A stretch of DNA of 64,000 nucleotides from Paraspadella gotoi. Its lineage: Eukaryota; Animalia; Chaetognatha. The notes beneath the pieces were generated by a model, which was given only the letters and a program-made list of their open reading frames with translations, did not search any database and was not told the origin of the DNA. The stretch is from NCBI GenBank assembly GCA_051294375.1, contig CM119264.1, positions 1,037,923 through 1,101,922 on the forward strand, read 5' to 3'. Of the stretch, positions 11,822 through 24,100 are shown one piece after another. The stretch's first letter is position 1. Each line of letters opens with the position of its first letter. A program made the position numbers and the translations under genes.

Positions 11822-14800
11822 AAGGGGAGGAAGGGAGAGAGGGGCGAGAGAGAGGGGAAGTGAAAGGATAACAGAGAGGGAGAGAGGGAGGGGGAGAGGG
11901 AGGAAGAGAGAGGGAGGAAGAGAGAGGGAGGAAGAGAGAGGGAGGGGGAGAGGAGGACGAAGAGGGGAGGAAAGAGAGGGAGGAAGAGAGAGGGAGGGGA
12001 GAGGGAGGACGAGAGAGGGAGGGGAATTGAGGGAAAGGGAGATAGGGAGGCGGAGGAGGAGGAGAGAGTTAAAACGAGAAAGAGAAAATAGTAGAATCAA
12101 TATAATATACAAATTAATCCATTCATTTAATGAATAAGCTATCTTGCCCCTGACTTCTCCATCACTCTTCCGAGATTATGAAATAGCAGAACCCTGCAAG
12201 CTTTCGATCAAGACTAAAATTATTTATGGACATTTAACATTGGACAGTTAATTTTAAATGTCGCGGAGGCTGAACATCTAAAACAAGCCTTCACAACAGA
12301 GATATGACCTAGACATAGACGATATAAATAACCCTGCCCAGACAGAGCCCTATTCTCAAAGAACCCTGCCCTTGACTCCCCCTCGCCCCTCATTATTTTC
12401 TCACCCTGCGTGATTTGTCTCGATTCGTGATTTCCTCTCAAAATCGTGACTCGTCGAGGGAAGCGAAGTTTGAGCGCCAACAAAAGACTAACGCATTCCA
12501 CGGAATCGTAACCTCGATCCACGTAGTCGCCTAGATACGAAAAGTAAAGAAAAACAATATGATGGAAAACGGCTCTCTTTTCCGAGAGCGACCCCATTTC
12601 AGTTTGTTTAGCCCAGAATTTAATTTTAACCTTATTAACTGGCTTAAATATATTCCTAAACCTATAAACCAAGGGCTAATTCTTAAACCTAACCCTAAAC
12701 CACTGAGCCTTAGTTTTTAAACCCTAACCTCTTACCCTTAACGCTAACCACTAACCCAAATCCATAACCAGAATCACAAACCAAGTCATTAACCTGAATC
12801 ATTAACATAATCCCTAACCCAATCCTTAACCCTTATCTCTACCCTAAACTTAAAATTAAAAAAAATTATGTAATACCAAATTTATGATAAAATGGGGTGT
12901 TCTTGGAAAATAAGGCAGACAAAACACTGCTTAAAACTATAAAAAAAACACAAATGATATAAAAAAATATAAAAAAAAATACAAAAAAAAACACAAAACA
13001 AAAAAAAACAATAAACAAAAAAAAACAAAAAACAAAAGACAACCAAAAAAAAACAACCAAACAAAAAACTAACCCATAAAAAGGAAATTGGTGTCTGGTG
13101 GTTTCCCGGTGATGGAAAACAATTCGATGAGATCATAAAATTGTCCGTGAATGTCACCGCAAACCGTCACCTGTGAAAAGTGAAAAAAAGTCTTATCGTC
13201 AGAATCTCGCCTCCTCGTTCATTCATTTATTCATTCGTTCATTCATTTATTCATTCGTTCACCGTTCGTTTCATTCAACGTTCCTTTCATCCTTTCAATT
13301 CTAGTTAACTTCACATTTCACTTCATTTACTCATTCACTTCATTCGTTCGTTCAGTCACCTTTCGCTTCATTTACTCATTCACTTCATTACTTCATTATT
13401 CTCCTTTTGCTTCATTTATACATTAACTTCATTCGTTCGTTTATTCACGTTTCACATCGTTGATATATTCATTAATCCACAATTCACTTCGACAGTTCAT
13501 TCAATCACTAACCATTGAATTCATTCATTCTCCTGATTCATTCACCATTCGCTTCGTTCACTCGCCGTTGAATTCTTTCATTATCCTCGTTCATTCACCA
13601 TTCGCTTCGTTCACTCACCGTTAAATTCATTCTTCTTATTCATTCACCATTCGCTTCATTCACTCACCATTGAATTCATTCATTCTCCTCATTCATTCAC
13701 CATTCGCTTCATTCACTCACCGGTGATTTCACTGGTTGAACGTTGACTTCGTCGATCAGAATTTCTTTCGTCATCGCGCACAATTTCTTCACCTTAAGTA
13801 GATGCAGTTTGATGTTGTTTTTAATTGATGTGGTTCTCATTTGACGTAGTTTTTATTTGATGTGGTTTTTTTATGTTGTTTTCAATTTATGTAGTTTTCA
13901 TTTATTGTGGGTTTTATTTGATGTTGTTCTCATTTGACGTAGTTTTTATTTGATGTGGTTTTTTTATGTTGTTTTCAATTGATGTAGTTCTCATTTGTTG
14001 TGGGTTTTATTTGATGTTTTTCTCATTTGATATAGTTTTTATTTGAGCTGTTACTTATTTAATGTGGTTTTCAATTTATGTGGTTCTCATTGACTTTTAT
14101 TAGTCCTATTGAAAAGCACACCTATTTCTTATTGATTCTTGTACGGACTCATGTTTTATTCTATTGATCTCTTCTACAAAACCACATTTCTCAACGATCC
14201 CTTTTCCTCCTGGACTTGTAATCTCCGCCCCTTATTTACCCAGAACACCCTATTCCATCTTAAATTCGGCATCAGATTAATTTTTTTGGTTGAAAGATTA
14301 GGTTGGAAGTTGAGGTTAGGGATTAGGTCAGAGATTAGTGATTAAGATTGAGGACTAAGTTAGTGATTTGCATGAAGGATAAGGGTTAAGGATTAAGGTT
14401 TGCGATTAGGGGTTAGGATTAAAAATTAAGGATAAGGGTTTTAGGTTAAAGTTAAGGATTAAGAGTTAGGGATTAGGGTTAAGAATTACCATACAAGTTA
14501 TAAAAAACCACCAAAAACTTTTAGGTGAAACTTTAAGATTAAAAGTAAACAAAACCAGGGAGAGACAAACAAGAAAAGTGAGCTGACCACATTTCTCAAG
14601 GGCCCTAATCCCTTCTACCCCCCAAATAATAAACCTGATTCTCTCCCAATTTTTCTCGTTGAAAAAGATTTTCTATCCATTCGTCAAGTTCTTTTCCGTT
14701 TGGACGCGATTTTTTCGGAGGCATGACAACGACGAGGCCGTTGTCGTCGTCGTCGTTGTAGTCGTCGTTGTAGTCGTCGTCGTCGTCGTCGTCGTCAAAT

Positions 14801-16283
14801 GAACCACGAGATATACCGTAGCGATTTTTTTTTAATTCAATGAACTTTTTTTTTCTTGGCGGTAAAATTTAAACTTAGTCGAAAATTCTTTCCGCAGGTA
14901 GATTGAAAAAAAAATCTCAGAATACGATTTTAAAATATCTAAACTCTTAAGTAACTAAATAAAATAAAAAGCTAAATAACTATAAATTACTGTTTGTATC
15001 ACAAACTAAATATTTTTAAGGGGATTTTCAATCAACATTTATTATCTCCTTGTGACGTCTTCTCTCGTTTTTCTACTTTAAAATTTTCGCTTTTTTATGT
15101 TTAATTTTTTTTACTTAAAAAACAAATTAGTGATATAACAATTTGATATGTAGCACAATTATATATAATAATCAACTGTTTAAACATAATAATTTAAATA
15201 TATTTATATCTCAACATTCCGTGTCCCCTGACCCTATCTTTCCCAGAATCCCCTACCATCTCTTCCAAACCATCTGATCCCTTGACCTCACCTTTCCCAG
15301 AATCCCCACCATCTGATCCCCTGACCTCACCTAATCCTCCCCAACTTATCCCCTGACCTAACCTTCTGCAGAATCCTTGCCATCTCTTCCCGACCCTTTG
15401 ATCCCCTGACCTCACTTTTCCCAGAATCCCCTACAATCTGATCCCTTGACCTGATCTTCCCCAGAATCCCTTACCATCTGATCCCCTGACCTAACCTTCT
15501 GCAAAATCCCTACCATCTTTTACCTGTCACAAACAAAAATTCAACAATAACATCGGTTGCAATGGACCGACGCTCCCTTCCTTGTGGATTGTTGCTTGAG
15601 AAGGAAGCGTTGTAAGGAACCATAATGGCTGTTGCCAGGGGAAAAAAAAATTGTATCATATATTGTACACAGTAAACTGTAAATTTTTCAACATATTTTA
15701 TTATTCAGACAACATGAAAAAGTCTATGTGCTTACCAATGTAAAATGTACAAATTAAAATCAACCAATCCCAACCGGTCTTGAAAACGCCATAATGAAGG
15801 ATAACGAAAGAAGAACGCTTGATTTCTTCCACCTTAAATTAATTATGTTAATTTAATTAATTAATTATGTTAATTAAATTAATTACATTTATATCTTATC
15901 TGTTATTAATAAAAACAATTAAAAAAATGGAACAAATTTCAAGTTATATGACCACTGTTTTCCTAAAGCGCCCCCTATTTAGGTTTATAATCTATCAACT
16001 TTATTTTAATATCAATAATCTTCATCAAAAATATTTAATCACTAACTCTAATCTTTAACATTATTTTTTAAATTTTAAACCATAGTCCTAAACCCTTTGA
16101 CTAACCCTTAACCTAATTATTTAATTAATAAAAAAATAAATAAATTCTAATTTTAAGTAGGCATGGGGTGCTTTCGTAAAAAGATCCCCCGTTGAAACGT
16201 GTCGAGCTGTCATGCACACGCGAAAGATACTGACAGTCTGACAAAGGTTTTTAACTTTGTAATTTTTAACTGTACTCTGAGAC

Positions 16284-16322
<39 letters not shown>

Positions 16323-16563
16323 TGAAGATGATGATGATGTCATCTTCTCATTCGCTTAGTAAAGCTCTTCACACAAAAGCTTGGTAAAAAATAATCATAA
16401 AGGATATTTGCTTGTCAACAATCTTTTCACACTGAATCTGCAAAACTTAAAAAAAAGCAAAAGTTTAATTGACAAGAAAACAAAGACTCAAAACCGAAAT
16501 TAGATCTTTTTCCATTAAAATATTTTTTTAATTAAAAAATTAAAAAAATCCTCCGTCCCCCTC

Positions 16564-16618
<55 letters not shown>

Positions 16619-17425
16619 GATATTAACCTTGTATTCAGGCAGAGCACTTTCTCCAGGAGCTGAACCAAGAAGTCTCTGAAAAGGAAAAACATAAATAAAT
16701 ACATTTAAAAAAATTAATCGTAATAAGCAATAACGTATATCCAATACCATTTTCCCAACCAAATAATTCCGGTCCATTAAATATTTGGCCTTATTTTCCT
16801 AGAACGCTTCATTTTCCTTTGAATTAGGAATTAGGTTTTTTTTTTTTTTTATAAATTATTACAAATTATTAGGGATTTGGTTTGTGATTAGGGTTAAGAA
16901 TTTGACTTAGGTTTAGAGATTAGGGTTAAAAATTAAGAATAAGGGTTTAGAGAAAAACAAAGTTTTATTAGTTTCAACGAATTTGTTTTTATTGGAAAAC
17001 AGACATGTTTCGGCTTTGGTTTTCAAGCCTTCTTCAGTGTTTGTGAATTAGACAAAATATTGTGCAAAAGAAGAGTGAGAGAGAGAGAGAGAGAGAGAAA
17101 GTTAAAGTTTCCAACAAAGTGGTGAGACAGAATAGTGGTCAGAGGTGAGGACAGGGTAAGTTGAACACAGATTGAGTGAGTTTTTGAAAAGAAATGAAAT
17201 TTGTTAGAGAGAAAGAGAGAGAGAGAGATAGACTTAACAGGGATAAATAAATAATTAAAAATATACATTGTGCAATGTACAACAGTGATAAATGTTTAAA
17301 ACTGGAAAAGATTGGTGAGAATTTTTAACAATTGCAAAAGAGTGAATAAATAATTCAATGTGTGTACTAATTAGCTAAAGAAATTTGGTGAAATGTGAAG
17401 TTGAAAAATGAAAGAAAGTTTAGTT

Positions 17426-17467
<42 letters not shown>

Positions 17468-17772
17468 TGCTATATAAGAGCCTAAGAAATTGAAATTTAA
17501 GGAGTTAGAAAGAGCTCAAAATGAGCTGGCCCCCTTGGTTGTGCAAAGGAAGGACATAGGGGATGGTGACGGTCATTGGCGCGTCAGTGGCTGAGAGGAG
17601 AGTGTGACCGAACTTATAAGTGTTGGACTGGGGACTGAGCCAGAAGGAAAGATCCCTAGTGCCACTCTTATGTCTCTTTGGCCTGATACGCCTGCCGACT
17701 GCCCTCGTCTCGCTCATTTTTGAGCTCTTTCTTACTCCTTAAATTTCAATTTCTTAGGCTCTTATATAGCAA

Positions 17773-17814
<42 letters not shown>

Positions 17815-19899
17815 ACTAAACTTTCTTTCATTTTTCAACTTCACATTTCACCAAATTTCTTTAGCTAATTAGTACACACATTGAATTATTTATTCACTCT
17901 TTTGCAATTGTTAAAAATTCTCACCAATCTTTTTCAGTTTTTAAACATTTATCACTGTTGTACATTGCACAATGTATATTTTTAATTATTTATTTATCCC
18001 TGTTAAGTCTATTCTCTCTCTCTCTCTTTCTCTCTAACAAATTTCATTTCTTTTCAAAAACTCACTCAATCTGTGTTCAACTTACCCTGTCCTCACCTCT
18101 GACCACTATTCTGTCTCACCACTTTGTTGGAAACTTTAACTTTCTCTCTCCTCTCTCTCTCTCTCACTCTTCTTTTGCACAAATATTTTGTCTAATTCAC
18201 AAACACTGAAGAAGGCTTGAAAACCAAAGCCGAAACATGTCTGTTTTCCAATAAAAACAAATTCGTTGAAACTAATAAAACTTTGTTTTCTCTAAAATCA
18301 TTTACAACGAAAAGAAAGGATTATCATAGAATAAGGGTTTAAGATTAGGGTTCAGGATTAGGTTAAGGTCAAGGATTTAAGATTAAAGGTTTAAGATTAG
18401 GGTTCAGGATTAGGATTGACTGGACCGATTTTCTTTTAAGTTACACATATGAATTCTTTTTTAAAAAATCCTTATTTCTCATATTAAGTTGGTCAAAAAT
18501 TAGAAAATATTTTTTTAAATGACTTATATTTTCTTCTATCAACGAGGAATTCAAATCTGATAAAAAATTTAAAATTTTAGGATTTCTTAAGGATAGTACT
18601 GCTATCTATAAATATATATATATATATGCAAAAATTAAAAAAAATGAAATTCTTTTTTATAATTGACAATTATAATTTTCATACGTGACTTTCACTTCGC
18701 TCTAATGAACAGAATTGGGGCACTCTGGAAAAAGAGAGCCAAATATAAATCACCGCGCTGCTTCGCTTTTATATATACAAAACGAGACGTAATTATCATT
18801 ATGTCATAAGTAGTCATAGCCGATGAAATTTAAATGCTAATGTATACAGCGTTAAAATAATCTATCATGAACATAGATTATGGTATCAAAATATTTTTTG
18901 TCAAAAATGCTTTCTTCTGAGGGTACTCGCCTAATTAAAAATATTATATTACTATATAGAGCAAAAAATATTTTTTTAAAATCTTAAAATTTTTTGATGG
19001 ATTCTGATAGAGCATAAAAAGTTAAACAAGAAATATAATTACAGCTTTTAAAAATTCTTACGTTTTCTAAGTGAAAATATAAAAAAACTGATAAAATCAT
19101 CGAAAGATGATGATGATGATGATTTTTTACAGTTTTTCTTATTTTTGACACGCTTATCGTAAAAATATTTAAAAAGAATCATACTTTGTGTAGACAACTT
19201 TTTATGAGCTATCTGAATCTGATCTTAAAATTAAAAAATTCAAAAAAAATTTTTTGACCTTTCCTATCTATAAATAAATATTAAAAAATTAATTACTAGG
19301 GTATAGAGCCATATTAGAAATTTTTTGTCCATTGAAAGTATTCTTAAAAATGTCTAAATATTCGTTTGAGCATGTACTCACTCTAAATTTTTGACTCACC
19401 CCATTGAGTGCGGCTCCCCCTATCATAAGCAAGCAAAAACCCGATAATCTCTTTCGGCGATTTCACAGCAAAAATCCTGGTCCAATGGAAGAATCGAGTA
19501 TCGGGAAATCATTGCGTCATACTTCATCGATACAACGTCTTACATCCAAAGCAAAACATATTTTTTTTTAAAAAATGTTATTTCAGAAAAAATGATATTC
19601 TTCAAAATTTATCATTAAACTAATCTTACTTTTCCTAAATTTTATAATATATATATATAATATATAATATAAAGTCTTTATCTGATTGATATAATAATTC
19701 AAAAAATAATGCAAAACCTATAAATTTAAAAAAATGAAACTGGTTGACAGTGGAGATCCTGTATCTTGTATCCAAAATAGTTAAGCATGGCATATCGACG
19801 CTCTCAAGCGGCATTGCAGTATCAGAGGCATCGCAAAAGCATCATAGCATCGCGGCATTTCGTAAGCGAGACATTTGGAAAATCGATAAATCGGGGAAA

Positions 19900-19946
<47 letters not shown>

Positions 19947-20200
19947 TGACAGCTGGTCAAGTACCTAACGTGAAAACTAAGAGATTGATTCTCAGCATCA
20001 TTGATGTCATCATCATCATTGTCATTATCACTAACATCATCATTATCATTTATGTCATATATCATCACTATCATTAAAACAAAGAAAACCATCGTCATCA
20101 TTATCACTAATGTAATTATCATCATTATTATCAAGAACACCATCAAAATTATCATCAACAACACGATCTTCATCAATATCATTAATTCATTATAATTATC

Positions 20201-20231
<31 letters not shown>

Positions 20232-21105
20232 CCGTATCTCCGTTCAGGAAGTAAACGTCTTCCAATTGATCCCAAAGATTAGTTCTTGAAGAAGTTGTTG
20301 AACAAAAACTTTGACGCCTGAAAACTTGTCTTTTTTGCAGCGAATTCATTTTTTTATAGTTTTAGCTTAAAATTCGAAGATCATTTTTTTCTGTAGTAGT
20401 AGCTGAGAAACTTGGAATTGAATTGAATTTCGATTAATGTTTATATATATATTTTTTTTTTACGATTTGTAAATTCAATACTTTTTGATTATATTTAATT
20501 AGTTCTTTTGTGCATCGAAGACTAAGAAATATGATTCGTTTATATGTTTTAAAAAATATTCGTCATTTTATTAATTTCTTTTTAGTTGAAATTCTTGGTG
20601 AGGATTAATTCTAACAACTTTGGCGTCGGCGTCGTTTTATTTTCCATTCGTGATTTTTTGATAATCATTCGTTTAGTTTCCAACGAAGTTTTATTTTTCA
20701 TAATAAGTTTGTAATTTATGATGTATTACTTCTCTAAAAAATCTTTAAACATGTACTTACGCAATCGTTGTTATCACATACGTCACTTGTTATATATTGT
20801 ATGTTAAAAAGTCATTTAAACAGGAAAAGTAACTATTAAGTTCTAGCCGTATAACGAAAATAAAAAAAGATGAATTTTTAGAATTTTTAGAATTTCATTT
20901 CAATTTAAGAACTGTTTTTATTAAGAAATAAACGATAAGATTATCATTTAATAAGCGTTTATTTTATCACAAGAAAGCGTTAATTTTATCACTAAATTAT
21001 TTTTAATTTTGTCACGAATTAACTTCTCTCACGAACGCGAAGGAAGAAAGAGAGAATCCTTTGTTTCGCGCGGATAAACGACGCGACAGAGAGAGTCAAG
21101 TCTAC

Positions 21106-21149
<44 letters not shown>

Positions 21150-24100
21150 ATCTCTCTCTTTCTTTCTCTCTCTCTGTTTCTTTCTTTTTTTCTCTCTCTT
21201 TCTCTTGCTCTCTCTGCCTCTCTATCTTTCTTTCTTACTTTTTTCTCTTCCTATCTTTCTCTCTCTCTAACTCTCTCTCTCTCTCTCTCTATCAATTTTC
21301 TTTTACTCATGTTCCCTTTCTTTTTTTTTTTCATTCTTTTTTTTCTTTCATTCTTCTCCTCCTCTCAGACACCAATAGCAGAGAATCTGTTATATATTAT
21401 AATTTAAAATTAGTACAACCTATACAAAAATTATTAATACATTCAATAAACAAACTTTATTGCAGTTGACCTTTGACAAATACTGACTAACCTAGCTGAT
21501 GAGGTTGCTTTTGTTCTTGTTCTTATTGTATCGCCCAGACAGATGATAGAGCACGCTACCAATCTAACCTTGCTGATGAGGTTGCTCTTGTTCTGGTTCT
21601 TATTTTATCGCCCAGACAGATGATAGAGCACGCTACCAATCTAACCTTGCTGATGAGGTTGCTTTTGTTCTTGTTCTTATTGTATCGCCCAGACAGCTGA
21701 TAGAGCCCGCTACCAATCTATCCTTGCTGATGAGGTTGCTTTTGTTCTTGTTCTTATTGCATCGCCCAGACAGATGATAGAGCACGCTACCAATCTAAAC
21801 TTGCTGATGAGGTTGCTTTTGTTCTTGTTCTTATTGTATCGCCCAGAGAGATGACAGAAGCCCACTACAATCTAACCTTGCTGATGAGGTTCTTTTGTTC
21901 TTGTTCTTATTGTATCGGCCCAGACAGATGATAGAGCACGCTACCAATCTAACCTTGCTGATGACGGTTGCTTTTTCTTGTTCTTATTGTATCGCCCAAC
22001 AGATGACAGAGCACGCTACTAATCTAACCTTGCTGATGAGGTTGCTTTTGTTCTTGTTCTTATTGTATCGCCCAAACAGATGACAGAGCACGCTACCTAA
22101 TCTAACCTTGCTGATGAGGTTGCTTTTGTTCTTGTTCTTATTGTATCGCCAGACAGATGATAGAGCATGCTACCAGTCTAACCTTGCTGATGAGGTTGCT
22201 TTTGTTCTTGTTCTTATTGTATCGCCCAAACAGATGATAGAGCACGTTACCAAACTAACCTTGCTGATGAGGTTGCTTTTGTTCTTGTTCTTATTGTATC
22301 GCCAGACAGATGATAGAGCACGCTACCAATCTAACCTTGCTGATGAGGTTGCTTTTGTTCTTGTTCTTATTGTATCGCCCAGACAGATGATAGAGCACCG
22401 CGCGCGACCTTCGCCTTTGGATGCTAAACTCGTGTTTTCCTCCTGATTTTTCGTCGTTTGATTTTGCCGAGGAATCTCGTTGAATTTGAATCGCTGCAGA
22501 AAAAAAGTGAGATAAGGTTAAAGATCTTAGTTTTTTGACAAATAAATTAGGGTATAACTAATGTTACTAATTACCGATTTACGAACATTAATATCTCATG
22601 TTGATCCTGAGTTTAAACAGACTATCTTGTGGTTTAAAAGCCTCCTTTAATTTAAAAAAAAAAACATAGCCAGACTAGTATTGCCGAAATTTATTAACTA
22701 ATTGTTTTTTTAACATAAGAAATGCAAAAAGGATTAACTTCATTAGGAGAAAAGGTGGAAATATAGAAAAAAGAGAATAATATTTATATACATCATAAAA
22801 GCCGATGTCATCCATCATGGAAAACAGAAACAAAAAAAAAAATATGAAAACAAATAAAAAGTAAGAAATTAAAGTAAATAATAGACAATGAGTTAAAAGA
22901 CAGTAAAAAATATATAATACAAAATATCACAGGATAATAAAAAAATTAAAAGCAAGACAGAAAATCGGTAACAAAAGAGAAAACAATATTAAGGGAAGTA
23001 AAGCGATAAAAACTACAGTAGGAACAGTTAAAAACAGTTACAGTAAACAGTTGAAGAAAATAAAAAGCTTCGGCCCAGATCCCCCGATAAAATTGGGACA
23101 AGCAATTGACCACTTAAGGAGTCAAGGCGACCTTTTTCTCTTTAAGGCTCAATAACTCAGATAGCACGGATCTTTCCAGTTGAGTCCTATTTTCCCAGAA
23201 CACCCCGTTTTTTCTTATATTTGGAATAAGGCTGAGTTGAAATACTTAAGGACTTAGTTTGTGATTCGGGTGGGAGATTTTGGTTAGAAACTAACATTTA
23301 GTGTAAAAAGTGAGAAAAATGCTGTCTCTTTTTTTTCTCTTTTCCCCGTTCCCTTAAATTCTTAGTACACAAGTTTGACTGGTCATTTTAGTCTGGTCAG
23401 TCAACATTTTCACCGTATTTTATTAGTCAATTTTGAGAAAAAAATAAGAAAATGTTTTTAGTCCTGTTTATAAAAAACGTCTGCTTGTTTTCAAAACTCA
23501 TTTTTACGGGTTTTTGTTGTGATATACTATTAAAGTTTCTGGATCAATACAAAAACGCCATATTACTCGAATTCCATATTAAAGCAGTCAGAAACAGGAG
23601 ACGTTTGGATGCCGTCGCCGCTAGTGAGAAAACTAACATTTCTCACAAAAGGTTTAGGCTAAAAATTAAATATTAAGGTCTAGAGTTAAGGTTAAGGATT
23701 AGCGTTACAGATTGAATTACAAATTTAGAATCATATTTAGGTTAAATATTAAAGTTAATATCAAATTCTAGGATAAACGAACAGAAAAGAGTCTCTTTCG
23801 GAAAAGAGAGTCACTAAATGTTACAGTAGCATCCGTCTAGAATTTCTGAGACGGCAAGCTCTGTAACTCGAGTACAAATGATAATTTGAAAAGAGACTTT
23901 TTGTCTTGTTATCGAGTACTCATATGGCTACTCCCCCTTCGTAAGCCATTGCTCTACGACCACTTTTGGGACATAGCAGTTTATTGTAAAAGTTTACCTT
24001 GAGTGGGATTCGAATCCTACCATTCCCTTCTGCGTCGAAGTCTTAGTTTTTAACCACTCGCGCATCTCGTTATATAAATAAAAAATTCAAAAACACTCAA

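Larger units (their letters stand above)
16950..18327. mobile_element. Penelope-like (PLE) non-autonomous foldback: two inverted ~580-bp arms, ~185-bp spacer, 31-bp tail, 14-bp TSD
   Basis: 16946-17526 is the near-perfect reverse complement of 17712-18296. AGAATAAGGGTTTA is duplicated at 16936-16949 and 18328-18341. Each arm carries a hammerhead motif. Confidence 0.8.

Noticed and set aside
17505-17717. 70-aa ORF in the foldback spacer as a GIY-YIG remnant
   Set aside because: No identifiable motif; it cannot be supported without a profile search.
21489-22398. 77-bp (and 66-bp) arrays as CRISPR, or CTGATGAG in the unit as a hammerhead
   Set aside because: There are no unique spacers or cas genes, and the context is eukaryotic. 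No stem II/GAAA follows CTGATGAG, which is simply the antisense of exon codons.
24003-24065. tRNA genes at 24003-24065, 25020-25090, 44345-44410 and 45370-45430
   Set aside because: Only A/B boxes are present, without a complete cloverleaf, and each is fused to a repeated body, so these are SINE heads.
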